This document shows positions 23,580 to 33,385 of a stretch of DNA of 64,000 nucleotides, piece by piece. A program made the position numbers and the translations under genes. The notes under the pieces were generated by a model. The model searched no databases. It was given only the letters and a program-made list of their open reading frames with translations, and had not been told where the DNA came from. The DNA is from Methanothrix sp. (GTDB lineage: Archaea > Halobacteriota > Methanosarcinia > Methanotrichales > Methanotrichaceae), in contig JAXGJB010000003.1 of assembly GCA_040770465.1 (NCBI GenBank), positions 32,001-96,000 on the forward strand, written 5' to 3'. Position 1 is the first letter of the stretch. Each line of letters begins with the position of its first letter.

Positions 23580-24480
23580 AAAAACGCCATCTGAAAAAAT
23601 GCCATCGGGATCGATCGTCGAGCGGGCCCTCCCCATGGCGGCGATGATGACTCTGGTGGTGGCGGTCCAGCTCTTCTCCCTCGCCCTGATGCCCCCCCTC
23701 TCCGAGACGGAGGTGAGGGTCTTCGAGAACCCCGAATCTGCCGCCAACCCCTTCAGCTACATCATCCTGGTCCTGGGGTTCACCCTCTTCATCCTGATGG
23801 CGATGAGGCTTAAGAAGGGCTGGATCGTGAGCGGCGTCGTCCTTCTGGCGATGGCGATGGGGGTCTACTACGTCATCTCAGCCTTCGTTTCGCCCCTTCC
23901 AGCGCTCATCATCTCCCTCGCGGTCCTGGCGATGCTGCACATATATCCTGAGTGGTACGTCATCGACCTTGTGGGCCTTCTCGTCTGCGCTGGGGTGGGA
24001 ACCCTCTTCGGCCTCAGCATGACCCCATTTCCGGCCCTCATCCTCCTTCTGGTCCTCGCGGTCTACGATGCCATATCCGTCTACAAGACCCGCCACATGG
24101 TGACCCTGGCCGAGGGGGTGATGGAGATGAGAGCCCCCCTCCTCTTCGTCGTCCCCCGGAGGTGGAGCTACAGCTTCCGAAAAGAGGGCATGGGATCCGG
24201 GGAGGATCGGGGCGCTTACTTCCTCGGCCTCGGCGATGCCATAATCCCGACGGTTCTGGTGATCTCGGCCAACTGGTCGCTCTCCCTCCCCGAGTTTGAG
24301 ATCTTCGGAATCGGGGCCAACCTTCCGGCCCTGGGTGCGATCCTCGGCACCTGCCTCGGATTCGCCGCCCTTTCCGCCACCTCTCGGGATAAGCCCCAGG
24401 CGGGCCTCCCCTTCCTCAACGGAGGCGCAATCCTCGGATTTCTCCTGGCCGCCATGGCATCTGGGGTCGCCGTCTTCTGA
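23569..24480 (+). CDS. Presenilin-family intramembrane aspartyl protease (PSH)
   Basis: Multiple transmembrane helices, VYDAISVYKT (YD), LGLGD (GxGD), PQAGLPFLNGG. Confidence 0.9.
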   Translation: MPSEKTPSEKMPSGSIVERALPMAAMMTLVVAVQLFSLALMPPLSETEVRVFENPESAANPFSYIILVLGFTLFILMAMRLKKGWIVSGVVLLAMAMGVYYVISAFVSPLPALIISLAVLAMLHIYPEWYVIDLVGLLVCAGVGTLFGLSMTPFPALILLLVLAVYDAISVYKTRHMVTLAEGVMEMRAPLLFVVPRRWSYSFRKEGMGSGEDRGAYFLGLGDAIIPTVLVISANWSLSLPEFEIFGIGANLPALGAILGTCLGFAALSATSRDKPQAGLPFLNGGAILGFLLAAMASGVAVF

Positions 24481-24540
24481 AGGTTCACCGACAACTTTTT
24501 TTTGACGGCACCGCATCTTTGTATCCAGGAGGTCTCTGAG

Positions 24541-24738
24541 GTGAACGATAACGACGTTGTTCTCGAGGCGCAGTTTGTGCCCTTCTGCCCGAAGTGCGGG
24601 ACCGAGTGCGAGGCGAGGGAGCTGAGGCGGGCCCTCGACTCGAACAACTGGAAGAAGATCGTGATTGAGGCGATCTACTACTGCCCCAAGTGCGACAACT
24701 ACTGGAGCGAGGGGCTTTTGGAGAAGGGGTACAAGTGA
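24541..24738 (+). CDS. Small zinc-ribbon protein
   Basis: GTG start at 24541 with GGAGG upstream; FCPKCG ... YCPKCD; lies between psh and trm1 in an apparent operon. Confidence 0.7.
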   Translation: MNDNDVVLEAQFVPFCPKCGTECEARELRRALDSNNWKKIVIEAIYYCPKCDNYWSEGLLEKGYK

Positions 24739-24744
24739 CCTGAA

Positions 24745-25824
24745 ATGGTCCATATGGTGGAGGAGGGGTCGGTCACCCTCAACGTCGAAGGGGCGTTCTT
24801 CAACCCCCGGATGAAGCTGAACCGGGACGTTGGTGTGGCGGTGACAAAGGCCCTCGGCATCTCCGATTATCTTGACGCCCTAGCCGCCAGCGGAGCCCGG
24901 GGCTTCCGGGTGGCGAAAGAGGCGGACGTACCTCACGTGACCTTGAATGACGTCAGCCCGAAGGCCGTCCTCCTCCTCAAAGAGAACGCAAAGAGGAACG
25001 GCCTTGGGGCTTGCGAGATACTCTCCTCCAACGCCAACGTCCTCCTCCATCAGAGACGCTTTGAGGCCGTCGACCTCGACCCCTTTGGGTCCCCCTCCCC
25101 TTTCCTGGCGGCGGCGGCGCGATCGGCTCTCCGCTACCTCTTCATCACCGCTACGGATACCGCCCCCCTCTGCGGGGCCCACCTCAAAAGCGGAATAAGA
25201 AAGTACATGGCAGTCCCCGTCAAGGCCGAGCACCACCGGGAGATGGGGGCAAGGATTCTCCTGGGGGCGGTGGCAAGGGAGCTTGCAAGGGTCGACAAGG
25301 GGATGCGCCCGATCCTGACCCACGCCACCGACCATTACGTCCGGGTATACACCGGAATCGAGAAGGGGGCGAAGAACGCCGACAAGACCCTCGACGGCAT
25401 GGGCTACATCGAGCAGTGTAAAAGCTGCGGGCGATGGCGAGCCGTCCCGGGCGTCGGCTGCCGGTCCTCGGGGAGGTGCTCCTTCTGCGGGGGGAGGGCC
25501 GATGCTGCAGGACCCCTATGGCTTGGGCCGATCCAGGATCGCGAACTGATAGGAAAGGCCCTGATGGTTCTGGAGGGCTCGGAGGCCCGGTCCGATCGCG
25601 GAGTCCGGCTTCTCCAGCTCTGCAAGGATGAGATAGACGAGCCGATGTACTACGATCAGCACAAACTTTGCAGAAAATTCAAGGCTACTCCAGGGACTGC
25701 CGAAGATCTCGTCGAGACGATCCGCTCTCGCGGCTGGAAAGCCTCACGAACTCATTTCAGCGGAGTAGGGATCAAGACCGATGCGCCCTACGACGTATTG
25801 AGGGAGGTTTTGTGCGCCGTTTGA
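24745..25824 (+). CDS. trm1: tRNA (guanine26-N2)-dimethyltransferase
   Basis: FFNPRMKLNRD, DALAASGARG, DLDPFGSP, TATDTAPLCG, GPLWLG, SRTHF...IKTDA. Confidence 0.95.
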   Translation: MVHMVEEGSVTLNVEGAFFNPRMKLNRDVGVAVTKALGISDYLDALAASGARGFRVAKEADVPHVTLNDVSPKAVLLLKENAKRNGLGACEILSSNANVLLHQRRFEAVDLDPFGSPSPFLAAAARSALRYLFITATDTAPLCGAHLKSGIRKYMAVPVKAEHHREMGARILLGAVARELARVDKGMRPILTHATDHYVRVYTGIEKGAKNADKTLDGMGYIEQCKSCGRWRAVPGVGCRSSGRCSFCGGRADAAGPLWLGPIQDRELIGKALMVLEGSEARSDRGVRLLQLCKDEIDEPMYYDQHKLCRKFKATPGTAEDLVETIRSRGWKASRTHFSGVGIKTDAPYDVLREVLCAV

Positions 25825-25920
25825 TCAAGCCGGGCTCGGCTCCATCTCCTCTGGTGGGGAATACGGCGACCTCATCTTCGGCTTGACCCGAAAGTTAATA
25901 AGGGATAAAGAACATATGCT

Positions 25921-26030
25921 GAGATGGCCACAGCGCCAAGATGCTCTGTGGATTAGTGGCACGAGATGATGAAATATTACCCCCTTCATTGCTACTCCCT
26001 TACGTCACCTCGTGCCAACCCTTCAATGAA
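25921..26030 (+). ncRNA. Candidate structured small RNA
   Basis: BRE/TATA-like CGAAAG-TTAATAA at about 25889-25901; hairpins CCACAG/CTGTGG (25928-25951) and TGGCACGAG/CTCGTGCCA (25957-26017); no long ORF. Confidence 0.4.
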
Positions 26031-26225
26031 CCTGTTTTAGAGCACCACATCTGCGAACTGTTGCAACTCTCTCTGCTTTTCTCTTGACCTGCCTATCTGA
26101 CTCCCTCGTCCAGGTATCCCCTTTTATGATATCAGCTCTCGGTTCGGTCCTTCTGCAGCTCAGCTTTGCGACCAACCATCCATCAGGCAAATGATAAAAT
26201 AAAATGGACAAAAGACCTGGTCGCC

Positions 26226-26888
26226 ATGAAGATCGCGGTGGTTGGAGGAACTGGCGATTGCGGCCAGGGATTTATAAAGCGCTGGGCAATAGAGCACGAG
26301 ATCATCATAGGATCGAGGAGGGCTGAGAAGGCCGAGGCTGCAGCTGCAGAGCTAACCTCCTTTTTAAAGGAGAGGGGGATCAACGCCAGGATCGAGGGGA
26401 TGGAGAACGGCCGCGCCATCGAGGCGAGCGAGATCGTCGTCCTCAGCGTACCTTACAAGTTCATCGAGTCGATGACCGTCGACCTGAAGAGAAGTTACAC
26501 CGACCAGATCGTGATATCTCCCGTCGTCCCCATGGCCAGGGTGGATAAGCATTTCGAGTACACGCCGCCGGCCCAGGGAAGCGCCGCCCTCCTGGTCAAA
26601 GATCTCCTTCCCCCCTCAGTACGATTGGTCGCCGGATTTCATACGATATCTTACGCCGCCTTTGGGGATCTGGACAAACGAGTTGAAGGCGACGTCCTGA
26701 TCGCCGGCGACGACCCCAGAGCGAAAGAGGTTGTGGCAGACCTGGTCCGGATGGTAAAAGACCTCAGGCCCCTGGACGGCGGACCCCTGAAGGCCGCAGC
26801 CCAGATAGAGGGACTGACGCCTCTACTGCTGAACATAAGCAGGCTAAACAAGGTAAAGAACGCCGGCATATCCGTGATCGAGGGCTGA
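26226..26888 (+). CDS. npdG: NADPH-dependent F420 reductase
   Basis: MKIAVVGGTGDCGQG, IIIGSR, VAGFHTIS, GDVLIAGDD, PLDGGPL, IEGLTPLLLN. Confidence 0.92.
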   Translation: MKIAVVGGTGDCGQGFIKRWAIEHEIIIGSRRAEKAEAAAAELTSFLKERGINARIEGMENGRAIEASEIVVLSVPYKFIESMTVDLKRSYTDQIVISPVVPMARVDKHFEYTPPAQGSAALLVKDLLPPSVRLVAGFHTISYAAFGDLDKRVEGDVLIAGDDPRAKEVVADLVRMVKDLRPLDGGPLKAAAQIEGLTPLLLNISRLNKVKNAGISVIEG

Positions 26889-26898
26889 GGCCGCCTCT

Positions 26899-28170
26899 TT
26901 AGAGGATTCCTCCTACGAGGTCTTCGGGGCTGAGACCAGACATCTTTAGGATCAGGTATGCCCCCAGGACCGTCCCCGCCACGCTCCCGATGTTGGCGAG
27001 GGCGGCGACCAGTATCACCCGGAAGAGGGGTATCGCCATCAGCTCCTTGAATGTCTCGGCATCGGCGAGCTTTTTGGTGTCGGCCATGGTGGGCTTTCTC
27101 TTCCAGGCCTCCACTATCCCCGCAAACCAGCCCGCAGCCATCAGGGGGTTCAAGCTCGTGAGCCAGGCGACCATGAAGGCGGTCAGAGCGGAGAGGGGGT
27201 GGCCCCGGGCCAGGACCACGCCTAGGGCGCTGAGGACGCCGTTCACGATAAACCAGATCTTGAGGGCTGAGATGATGGTCTGGCTATCGCTTCCGGCGAT
27301 CAGGACGGCGGCGATGGTGATCAGCACGAGGAGCATCAGAAGGGCTCCGAAGAGCTTGGGGGCCGAGAACCTCCTCTTGGGCGGCTGGGCCATGGCTTCC
27401 AAGGGGGGTATCTTTTCGGGGTGGTCCAGGTATTTTGTGATCCCTTCCCGGTGGCCGGCGCCAACCACCGCCAACACCCTTCCCGTCCGACCGAGCTGGA
27501 TCAGGTTTCGGGCGATGTAGGCGTCTCTCTCGTCGATCAGGACCGAGGCGGCCCGGGGGGACACGCCCCGGAACTCCTCGATGATCGCGGAGACGACGTC
27601 CTCCTCGGTCACCTTGTCGATGTCGATCTCTTCCCCCTTCCCGAAGGCGGCGGGGATCATGGAGACGACCAGCTTCGCCTTCTCCAAAAAGCTCATGGAA
27701 GACCAGAACCTCTGGATGGTGACGGCGATGTCTCTATCCACCAGGGCCACCCTGGCTCCGACGGCGTTGGCGGCCTCGATGGCGGCGATCATCTCAGACC
27801 CTGGCTTGACACCCAGCTCCGATCCGATCTTCTTCTGGACGTAGGCGAGGAACCACTGGACCAGGAGGAGGTAGAGCTTGCCGCCGCTGAGGATCTCCTT
27901 TATCTGGATCTCTCCCGTCTCCTCCTGCCCGGTGAGGGCCCGGTACCTCCCCTGACAGAGCTCCACGGCCACGACATCCGGACGGAGCTCCTCGATGGCC
28001 CGTCTCACCTCCTGGACGCTCTTTTCGGAGACGTGGGCAGTCCCCACGATCACGATCTCGCCTTTCGTCTCTTTCGGAGGGAGGGGCCCTTCTTCCCCCG
28101 GACTTGCGCCGCCTGATTTTATCTCTTCCAATTCCATCCCCTCGGGATTGGCCATCCCAGGGACGCTCAC
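26899..28170 (-). CDS. TraB/PrgY family protein
   Basis: IVGTAHVS, VAVELC, PGSEM, LVDRD, LIDERDAYIA, AVVGAGHREG plus C-terminal transmembrane helices. Confidence 0.9.
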   Translation of the reverse strand: MSVPGMANPEGMELEEIKSGGASPGEEGPLPPKETKGEIVIVGTAHVSEKSVQEVRRAIEELRPDVVAVELCQGRYRALTGQEETGEIQIKEILSGGKLYLLLVQWFLAYVQKKIGSELGVKPGSEMIAAIEAANAVGARVALVDRDIAVTIQRFWSSMSFLEKAKLVVSMIPAAFGKGEEIDIDKVTEEDVVSAIIEEFRGVSPRAASVLIDERDAYIARNLIQLGRTGRVLAVVGAGHREGITKYLDHPEKIPPLEAMAQPPKRRFSAPKLFGALLMLLVLITIAAVLIAGSDSQTIISALKIWFIVNGVLSALGVVLARGHPLSALTAFMVAWLTSLNPLMAAGWFAGIVEAWKRKPTMADTKKLADAETFKELMAIPLFRVILVAALANIGSVAGTVLGAYLILKMSGLSPEDLVGGIL

Positions 28171-28235
28171 CTAAAAAACCCTTTGCGCGGCCGGAGGGAA
28201 TAAAGTCGGGCGTACTCGCTCGTCGCCCGTCCGCG

Positions 28236-29366
28236 TCACCAGCCAGAGCATATCTCTATCGCCCGCAGAAGGTCTGAGCGGGAGACGATTCCGACGAGCT
28301 GGCCGTCCTCCATCACGGGAAGCCTCCTGATCTGCCGCTCCATCATCTTCTTCATCGCCTCGGCGGCATCGGCGCCCGGCTCGATGACGTATATCGCCTT
28401 CACCATCACCTCCCTCACCGTGGTGGTGCCCCTATTCTCCTCGGGGACCTTCTGGACGTCGGATATCGTCACGATCCCCGCGAGCTTCCCGTCCTCCATC
28501 ACCGGGTATCCCCGATGCTTCTCGCGGAACATGAGGCTCATAATCTCCGGGAGGGTCGTCTCGGGGGAGACGGTCCGAAGCTCCCTCGACATTATGTCTC
28601 TCACCTTCACCCCCTCCAGGGGGACGACGATGGCCGTCGACCTATCCTCGTCGCTGGCGGCGATGTAGATGAAGAATGCTATGACCACCAGGAGGATGCC
28701 GCCTCCGAAGAGCCCCAAAAATCCCATCAGGATTGCGAAGAACTTGCCGATGTTTGCGGCCCGTCTCGTCGCCTCGACGTAGGGCATTCTGGACGCAAAC
28801 CAGGCCCGGAGGACTCTGCCCCCGTCCATGGGGAAGGCTGGAAGGAGGTTGAAGACCATCAGGACGATGTTGATCACCCCCAGGGTCCAGAGGAGGGTGG
28901 TGAGGGGGTTGCCTCCACCGAGGAGGAGGGCCGACTGGAAGCTCAGAAGGGTGCATCCGACCCCGATGATCCCGCTGACGCTGGGGCCGGCCACCGCCAT
29001 CCTCGCCTCCATGCTGGGATTTCGCGGAATATCCTCCATCGAGGCGACTCCGCCGAAGATGTAGAGGGTTATGCTCCTGATCTTGATGCCGTAACGCATA
29101 GCGACGAAGGAGTGGCCCAGCTCGTGGAGGGCGACGCAGAGGAAGAGGAGGAGGGAGAAGGCGAAGGAGTAGAAGAGCCTGGTCCCGGAGGGCTCGACGG
29201 CTCCAAACCCGTAGGCGAAATCGTAGACATCGCCGAAGAGGGATACGCTGGTGGGCTGGGTGAATGTCGAAAAAACGTAGGCTACGAAGGGTATGATCAG
29301 AAGGAAGGTGATGTGGAGTCTTATGGGGATTCCGGCGATCCTGCCGATCTGGAGGGCGGAGCTCAT
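28236..29366 (-). CDS. Site-2 protease (M50) with a CBS domain pair
   Basis: LHELGH, AGP, FNLLPAFPMDGGR, two CBS repeats. Confidence 0.93.
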   Translation of the reverse strand: MSSALQIGRIAGIPIRLHITFLLIIPFVAYVFSTFTQPTSVSLFGDVYDFAYGFGAVEPSGTRLFYSFAFSLLLFLCVALHELGHSFVAMRYGIKIRSITLYIFGGVASMEDIPRNPSMEARMAVAGPSVSGIIGVGCTLLSFQSALLLGGGNPLTTLLWTLGVINIVLMVFNLLPAFPMDGGRVLRAWFASRMPYVEATRRAANIGKFFAILMGFLGLFGGGILLVVIAFFIYIAASDEDRSTAIVVPLEGVKVRDIMSRELRTVSPETTLPEIMSLMFREKHRGYPVMEDGKLAGIVTISDVQKVPEENRGTTTVREVMVKAIYVIEPGADAAEAMKKMMERQIRRLPVMEDGQLVGIVSRSDLLRAIEICSGW

Positions 29367-29630
29367 GATCTGAAACTCATCCTGCCAGTTAATATCTTTT
29401 TTGAGGGGTTGGACCAGGGACGCTTCCTTCCGGCTGTCGCGGGCTCCTCCTCCTCCTCCGATCCCTCGGCATGGAGCGCAAGGATCGCGCACATTTCACC
29501 ATATCCATACCCTTTTGTAATACTACAATGGAAATAGTTATAACCAATCCCCACTATTCTCCCCCGGCGGTGACCGGCCCTCCCTCAGACATCGGAGATC
29601 TGTTTCCGGGGAAGCCGCCCAAATCGGAGG

Positions 29631-30884
29631 ATGGGTATCATGAAGATCGTATCAGCGTTGACGCTCTCATCAGTTCTGTTTCTGCTTCTGGCGGCAGGGC
29701 CCTCGATGGCCGGGGATCGCATCCTCAACATCTTCGGCAACGCCAATGGTGACGAGGTCGTAGACGAGGAGGACATCGCCCTCATCGAGGCGATGATCAA
29801 CGGTTCGGAGCCCAGGACCGAGCTTGCCGACGCCGACATCGACGGCGACGTCGACCGCGACGACCTGGTCCGGGTCGAGGAGATCATCCGGGGCGACCCG
29901 ACACAGATCGCCCTCATCGACTCGGTGGGCAGGGTCGTGACGGCGGAGGTCCCGGTGGAGAGGATAATTCCCCTCAACATGCGCCACGCCACCGCCGTCA
30001 TCGTCCTTGGAGGCGAGGATAAGATCGTGGGCGTGGACACCACCGTCCAGGATCGAGAACTCTTATTCGGCTACCTCAGTGCAGTGGAGTCCGTTGGCAA
30101 CACCAAGGAGCCGGACCTGGAGACGATAGTCTCCCTTGAGCCTGATCTTGTCATCACCTTCACCCATCTCGGGGCTACAGACCAGCTGGACGAGAACCTT
30201 CCCTCGGAGACGGCCCTGGTCCGGTTCGATCTCTCTCGGGCCGACGGCATCAAAGAGGAGATGATGCTTCTCGGCTACCTCATCGGCGATAGAGACGCAG
30301 CGAGGGGGTACCAGGAGTGGTACGACCGGTACATGGGGACTGTCGAGGAGAGGGTCTCAGCCATCCCCGAAGAGGACCGGGTGAGGGTCTTCATGGAGCG
30401 GGAGAGCGCCGACCGGGAAGCCTCCGTCCGGTGGGCTTACGCCAGCGATACCGGGTACACCGACCTCTGCGACGTCGCTGGAGGCGTCAACATCGGAAGG
30501 GAGAAGATCGATTATAACGGAGACGTCGAGGCGGAGTGGGTGATGGAGGAGAACCCCGCCGTGATCATCGGCCTCTCTTACAGCGGCGGCTACCAGGCGG
30601 AGAACGCCTCCCTCCTCGGGGCCTACAGAGACGGGATCATGACCGCCCCAGGCTTTGATCTCATCGACGCCGTAAAAGACGGCCGGGTCCACGTCATATC
30701 CGGCGACTTCTCCCTCGGACCCCAGATGACCATCGGGACCGTCGTCGTCGCCAAGTGGCTCTACCCTGAGCTGTTCGCCGACCTCGACCCCGAGGCGATC
30801 CACCAGGAGTTTCTGCAAGACCTGATGCACGTCGACTACGACCTCGCCGAGCACGGTGCCTTCGTCTACCCGCCGATGGAGTGA
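29631..30884 (+). CDS. Metal/cobalamin-type ABC transporter substrate-binding protein with a dockerin-like N-terminal domain
   Basis: Signal peptide; IFGNANGDEVVDEED...ADADIDGDVDRDD EF-hand/dockerin pair; DSVGRVV, PVERII, PDLETIVSLEPDLVI, AVKDGRVH, AKWLYPELF. Confidence 0.88.
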   Translation: MGIMKIVSALTLSSVLFLLLAAGPSMAGDRILNIFGNANGDEVVDEEDIALIEAMINGSEPRTELADADIDGDVDRDDLVRVEEIIRGDPTQIALIDSVGRVVTAEVPVERIIPLNMRHATAVIVLGGEDKIVGVDTTVQDRELLFGYLSAVESVGNTKEPDLETIVSLEPDLVITFTHLGATDQLDENLPSETALVRFDLSRADGIKEEMMLLGYLIGDRDAARGYQEWYDRYMGTVEERVSAIPEEDRVRVFMERESADREASVRWAYASDTGYTDLCDVAGGVNIGREKIDYNGDVEAEWVMEENPAVIIGLSYSGGYQAENASLLGAYRDGIMTAPGFDLIDAVKDGRVHVISGDFSLGPQMTIGTVVVAKWLYPELFADLDPEAIHQEFLQDLMHVDYDLAEHGAFVYPPME

Positions 30885-30900
30885 AGATGCACGAGCCTTT

Positions 30901-31449
30901 TCATCCGACGCCGACGATCCGCCTGATCATGGCGCTGTGCTCCACCATGCAGGCGACGATGTAGGCCTCTTCGAGGGTCGCGCCTATGGCGAAGACCCCG
31001 TGACCCCGGACGATGCAGGCTCTGCTCCCCGAAAGGGCGTTCGAGGCGGTCCTCGCGAGATCGCGGCTTCCCATCTCCCCCTCGACGATGGGGACGGTCC
31101 CCAGGAACCGGGCCCCTTCGCCGTCCATCGGCTCAAAGGGCCCCTCCTCCAAAATCGACGTCGCCACGGCGTAGGGGGAGTGGGTGTGGATGACGGCCCC
31201 GGCCGCCGTCTTCTCGTAGATGGCCCGGTGGACGACGGTCTCGCAGCTGGCGAGGGCGTCTTCGGGGCAGGGTCCCGATCTGGTGACGGCGATCAGCTGG
31301 TCGGGTGTAAGCTCGTCGAGGATCGATCCGGCCGACGTGATAAGGATCATCACGTCGGAGAGGACGCTTATGTTACCGAAATGGGCGTAGGTCAGGCCGG
31401 ATGAGACGAGCTTTTTGCCGAACCTCATCATCTCTTTCTTTTGGTCCAT
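30901..31449 (-). CDS. Class II aldolase/adducin family protein
   Basis: GNISV, ILITSAGS, ASCETVVHRAIY, VIHTHSPY, RGHGVFA. Confidence 0.88.
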   Translation of the reverse strand: MDQKKEMMRFGKKLVSSGLTYAHFGNISVLSDVMILITSAGSILDELTPDQLIAVTRSGPCPEDALASCETVVHRAIYEKTAAGAVIHTHSPYAVATSILEEGPFEPMDGEGARFLGTVPIVEGEMGSRDLARTASNALSGSRACIVRGHGVFAIGATLEEAYIVACMVEHSAMIRRIVGVG

Positions 31450-31458
31450 AGGCCACCC

Positions 31459-33360
31459 TCACTCCAGATCGAAGGGGACTGCCATCGTCCCCACCCCGCC
31501 GAACTGATCTTTCGCCTCCACTGCGATCGAGTATTCGCCGGGGTCCCAGAACCTCGTCTCCCAGCGACCTGTGTAGACTCCGTTTCCGTCGATGTCCCCC
31601 ATGGGAATTCTGATATCCCTATTCTCGCCGACGACGTAGACCTCCACCTCGGAGGCGTCTCCGGAGATTCCAGCCTCGACGGTGACGGGGTCACCGACCA
31701 CTCCCGCCGATCTGCTGAGGGCGAGGCTGCGGACCTCGGGTCCGGTCGGGTCGTCGGCATCCTCCACCATGGAGAGGGCAGAGGAGAGGTTTATGGCTCC
31801 GTATCCGTAGGTGTTGTCGAAGCCCGACGGTCCGATGTCGTCGGCGGAGATCAAAAGGGCCCTCTTCACCCCGGCGGGATCGAGGCTCGGCTGCTTCTGG
31901 AGGATCACCGCGGCGGCCCCCGCCGCCTGGGGTGCCGCCATGGACGTCCCCTCCATGACGCTCTCCCCATGGAGGGTTCCAGACCGAGCAGAGGTGACGT
32001 TCACCCCCACCGCCACCAGGTCGGGTTTTGGCCGGTTGTCGGGGGTGGGGCCCCGGGAAGACCTCTCAAATATGTTCCCCCGGAGGTCCATGGCGCCGAC
32101 GGTTATCACCTTCTCGGCCGTCCCCGGCGTCACGATCGACCTGGTGGACGGCCCGGCGTTCCCGGCGGCGACGCACATGACGATCCCCTCGTCTACCATC
32201 CGATCACAGGCTTCATCCAGGAGGTCGGACCCGTTGCTGGGGTCCTCTCCTCCCACGCTGAAGGACAATACGTCTATCCCCAGGTCGTCCTGATTTTCAA
32301 GGCACCAGTCGAGGGCGGTAAGGGCGTCGGAGAGATAACAAGCGCCATCTTCGTCCATCACCTTGATCACCACCAGCCTCGCGCCGGGGGCGACCCCACC
32401 GGTCTCGCCGGTCCCGGCGATCAGGCTCGCGCAGTGGGTGCCGTGGCCGTGGTCGTCGTAGACCTCCTCCCTCCCATTGACGAAGTCCTTGAAGGCGACG
32501 ATCTTGGGGTCGTCTGTGAGGATATCGTCGTCCAGGTCGTCGAGGGATCGGTGGTTGGGATCTGCGCCGGTATCCAGAATCGCCACCGTCTCTCCGCTTC
32601 CATCATACTCGCTGACGTTGAGCCGGGGGTCGGTCCTGGGGCTGTACCCCATAGAGGCGTCCCCCAGGATGGTGAGCTTCTTATCTTCATAAACCCCTTT
32701 GACGCCTTCCGTCTCGGCGAGGCTCTCAAGCTCCTCCTTAGGCACCACCATCGAGGCGCCGGGAAGGACGCTGAACTCCTCGGCCGCCCTCTCCTGGACA
32801 GCTGGTTCCGCCTCGATGGAGACGTCATCCTCGAACTTGACTATGACCCGGAGCTCTTCATCTTCAAGCCTCTCGAGGCTGTCCTCTATCCGGTTGGAGT
32901 TCAGGTCCAGAGGGTCCTGGATCCTGAGGACCAGGTCGTCGGACCGCGCGGCGTTCCCCGCCCGGTCGACGGCGATGATCGTGATCCGATGGTCGCCAAA
33001 TGGAAGGTTAGAGCCGCAACGCCCCTCGTACCTGCCGGTTCGGCCGAGGTCGATCATCGGTATGAAAAGCCCACCCACCTCGGCGTAGACCGCGTCCACC
33101 GCGACGTCGTCGTTCACCCAGGCGCTGATCTCGACATCCGGGTCGCCTCGCTCGACGATCTCTGGCAGGACGTGGGCGTAGAGGATGACGGGAGGCTCCG
33201 TATCTTCATCGGAGTTGATGACGGCATCGAACCTCTGGAGGAACCACCGAGGCGTAACCTCCTGAGGTGGTTTGACGGAGATGGAGATGGCCTCGCCGCT
33301 GGAGGCGGTCAAGACGATCGCCACCAGGGCGAGAAAAAATAGGAGGCTTTGTCGGCTCAT
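31459..33360 (-). CDS. Secreted S8 (subtilisin-like) serine protease with Ig-like domains
   Basis: VAILDTG (Asp), HGHGTHCAS (His), AAGN, GTSMAAP (Ser); signal peptide. Confidence 0.93.
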   Translation of the reverse strand: MSRQSLLFFLALVAIVLTASSGEAISISVKPPQEVTPRWFLQRFDAVINSDEDTEPPVILYAHVLPEIVERGDPDVEISAWVNDDVAVDAVYAEVGGLFIPMIDLGRTGRYEGRCGSNLPFGDHRITIIAVDRAGNAARSDDLVLRIQDPLDLNSNRIEDSLERLEDEELRVIVKFEDDVSIEAEPAVQERAAEEFSVLPGASMVVPKEELESLAETEGVKGVYEDKKLTILGDASMGYSPRTDPRLNVSEYDGSGETVAILDTGADPNHRSLDDLDDDILTDDPKIVAFKDFVNGREEVYDDHGHGTHCASLIAGTGETGGVAPGARLVVIKVMDEDGACYLSDALTALDWCLENQDDLGIDVLSFSVGGEDPSNGSDLLDEACDRMVDEGIVMCVAAGNAGPSTRSIVTPGTAEKVITVGAMDLRGNIFERSSRGPTPDNRPKPDLVAVGVNVTSARSGTLHGESVMEGTSMAAPQAAGAAAVILQKQPSLDPAGVKRALLISADDIGPSGFDNTYGYGAINLSSALSMVEDADDPTGPEVRSLALSRSAGVVGDPVTVEAGISGDASEVEVYVVGENRDIRIPMGDIDGNGVYTGRWETRFWDPGEYSIAVEAKDQFGGVGTMAVPFDLE

Positions 33361-33385
33361 CTCCTCGATCTACGTCTTCATCCGA

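Noticed and set aside
23569-23610. 15-bp imperfect repeats at the psh start ([14 protein letters not shown])
   Set aside because: Short slippage duplication that only makes the start codon ambiguous (23569 versus 23599)
26023-26211. 62-aa minus-strand ORF between trm1 and npdG
   Set aside because: No recognisable motif or convincing ribosome binding site; cannot be supported
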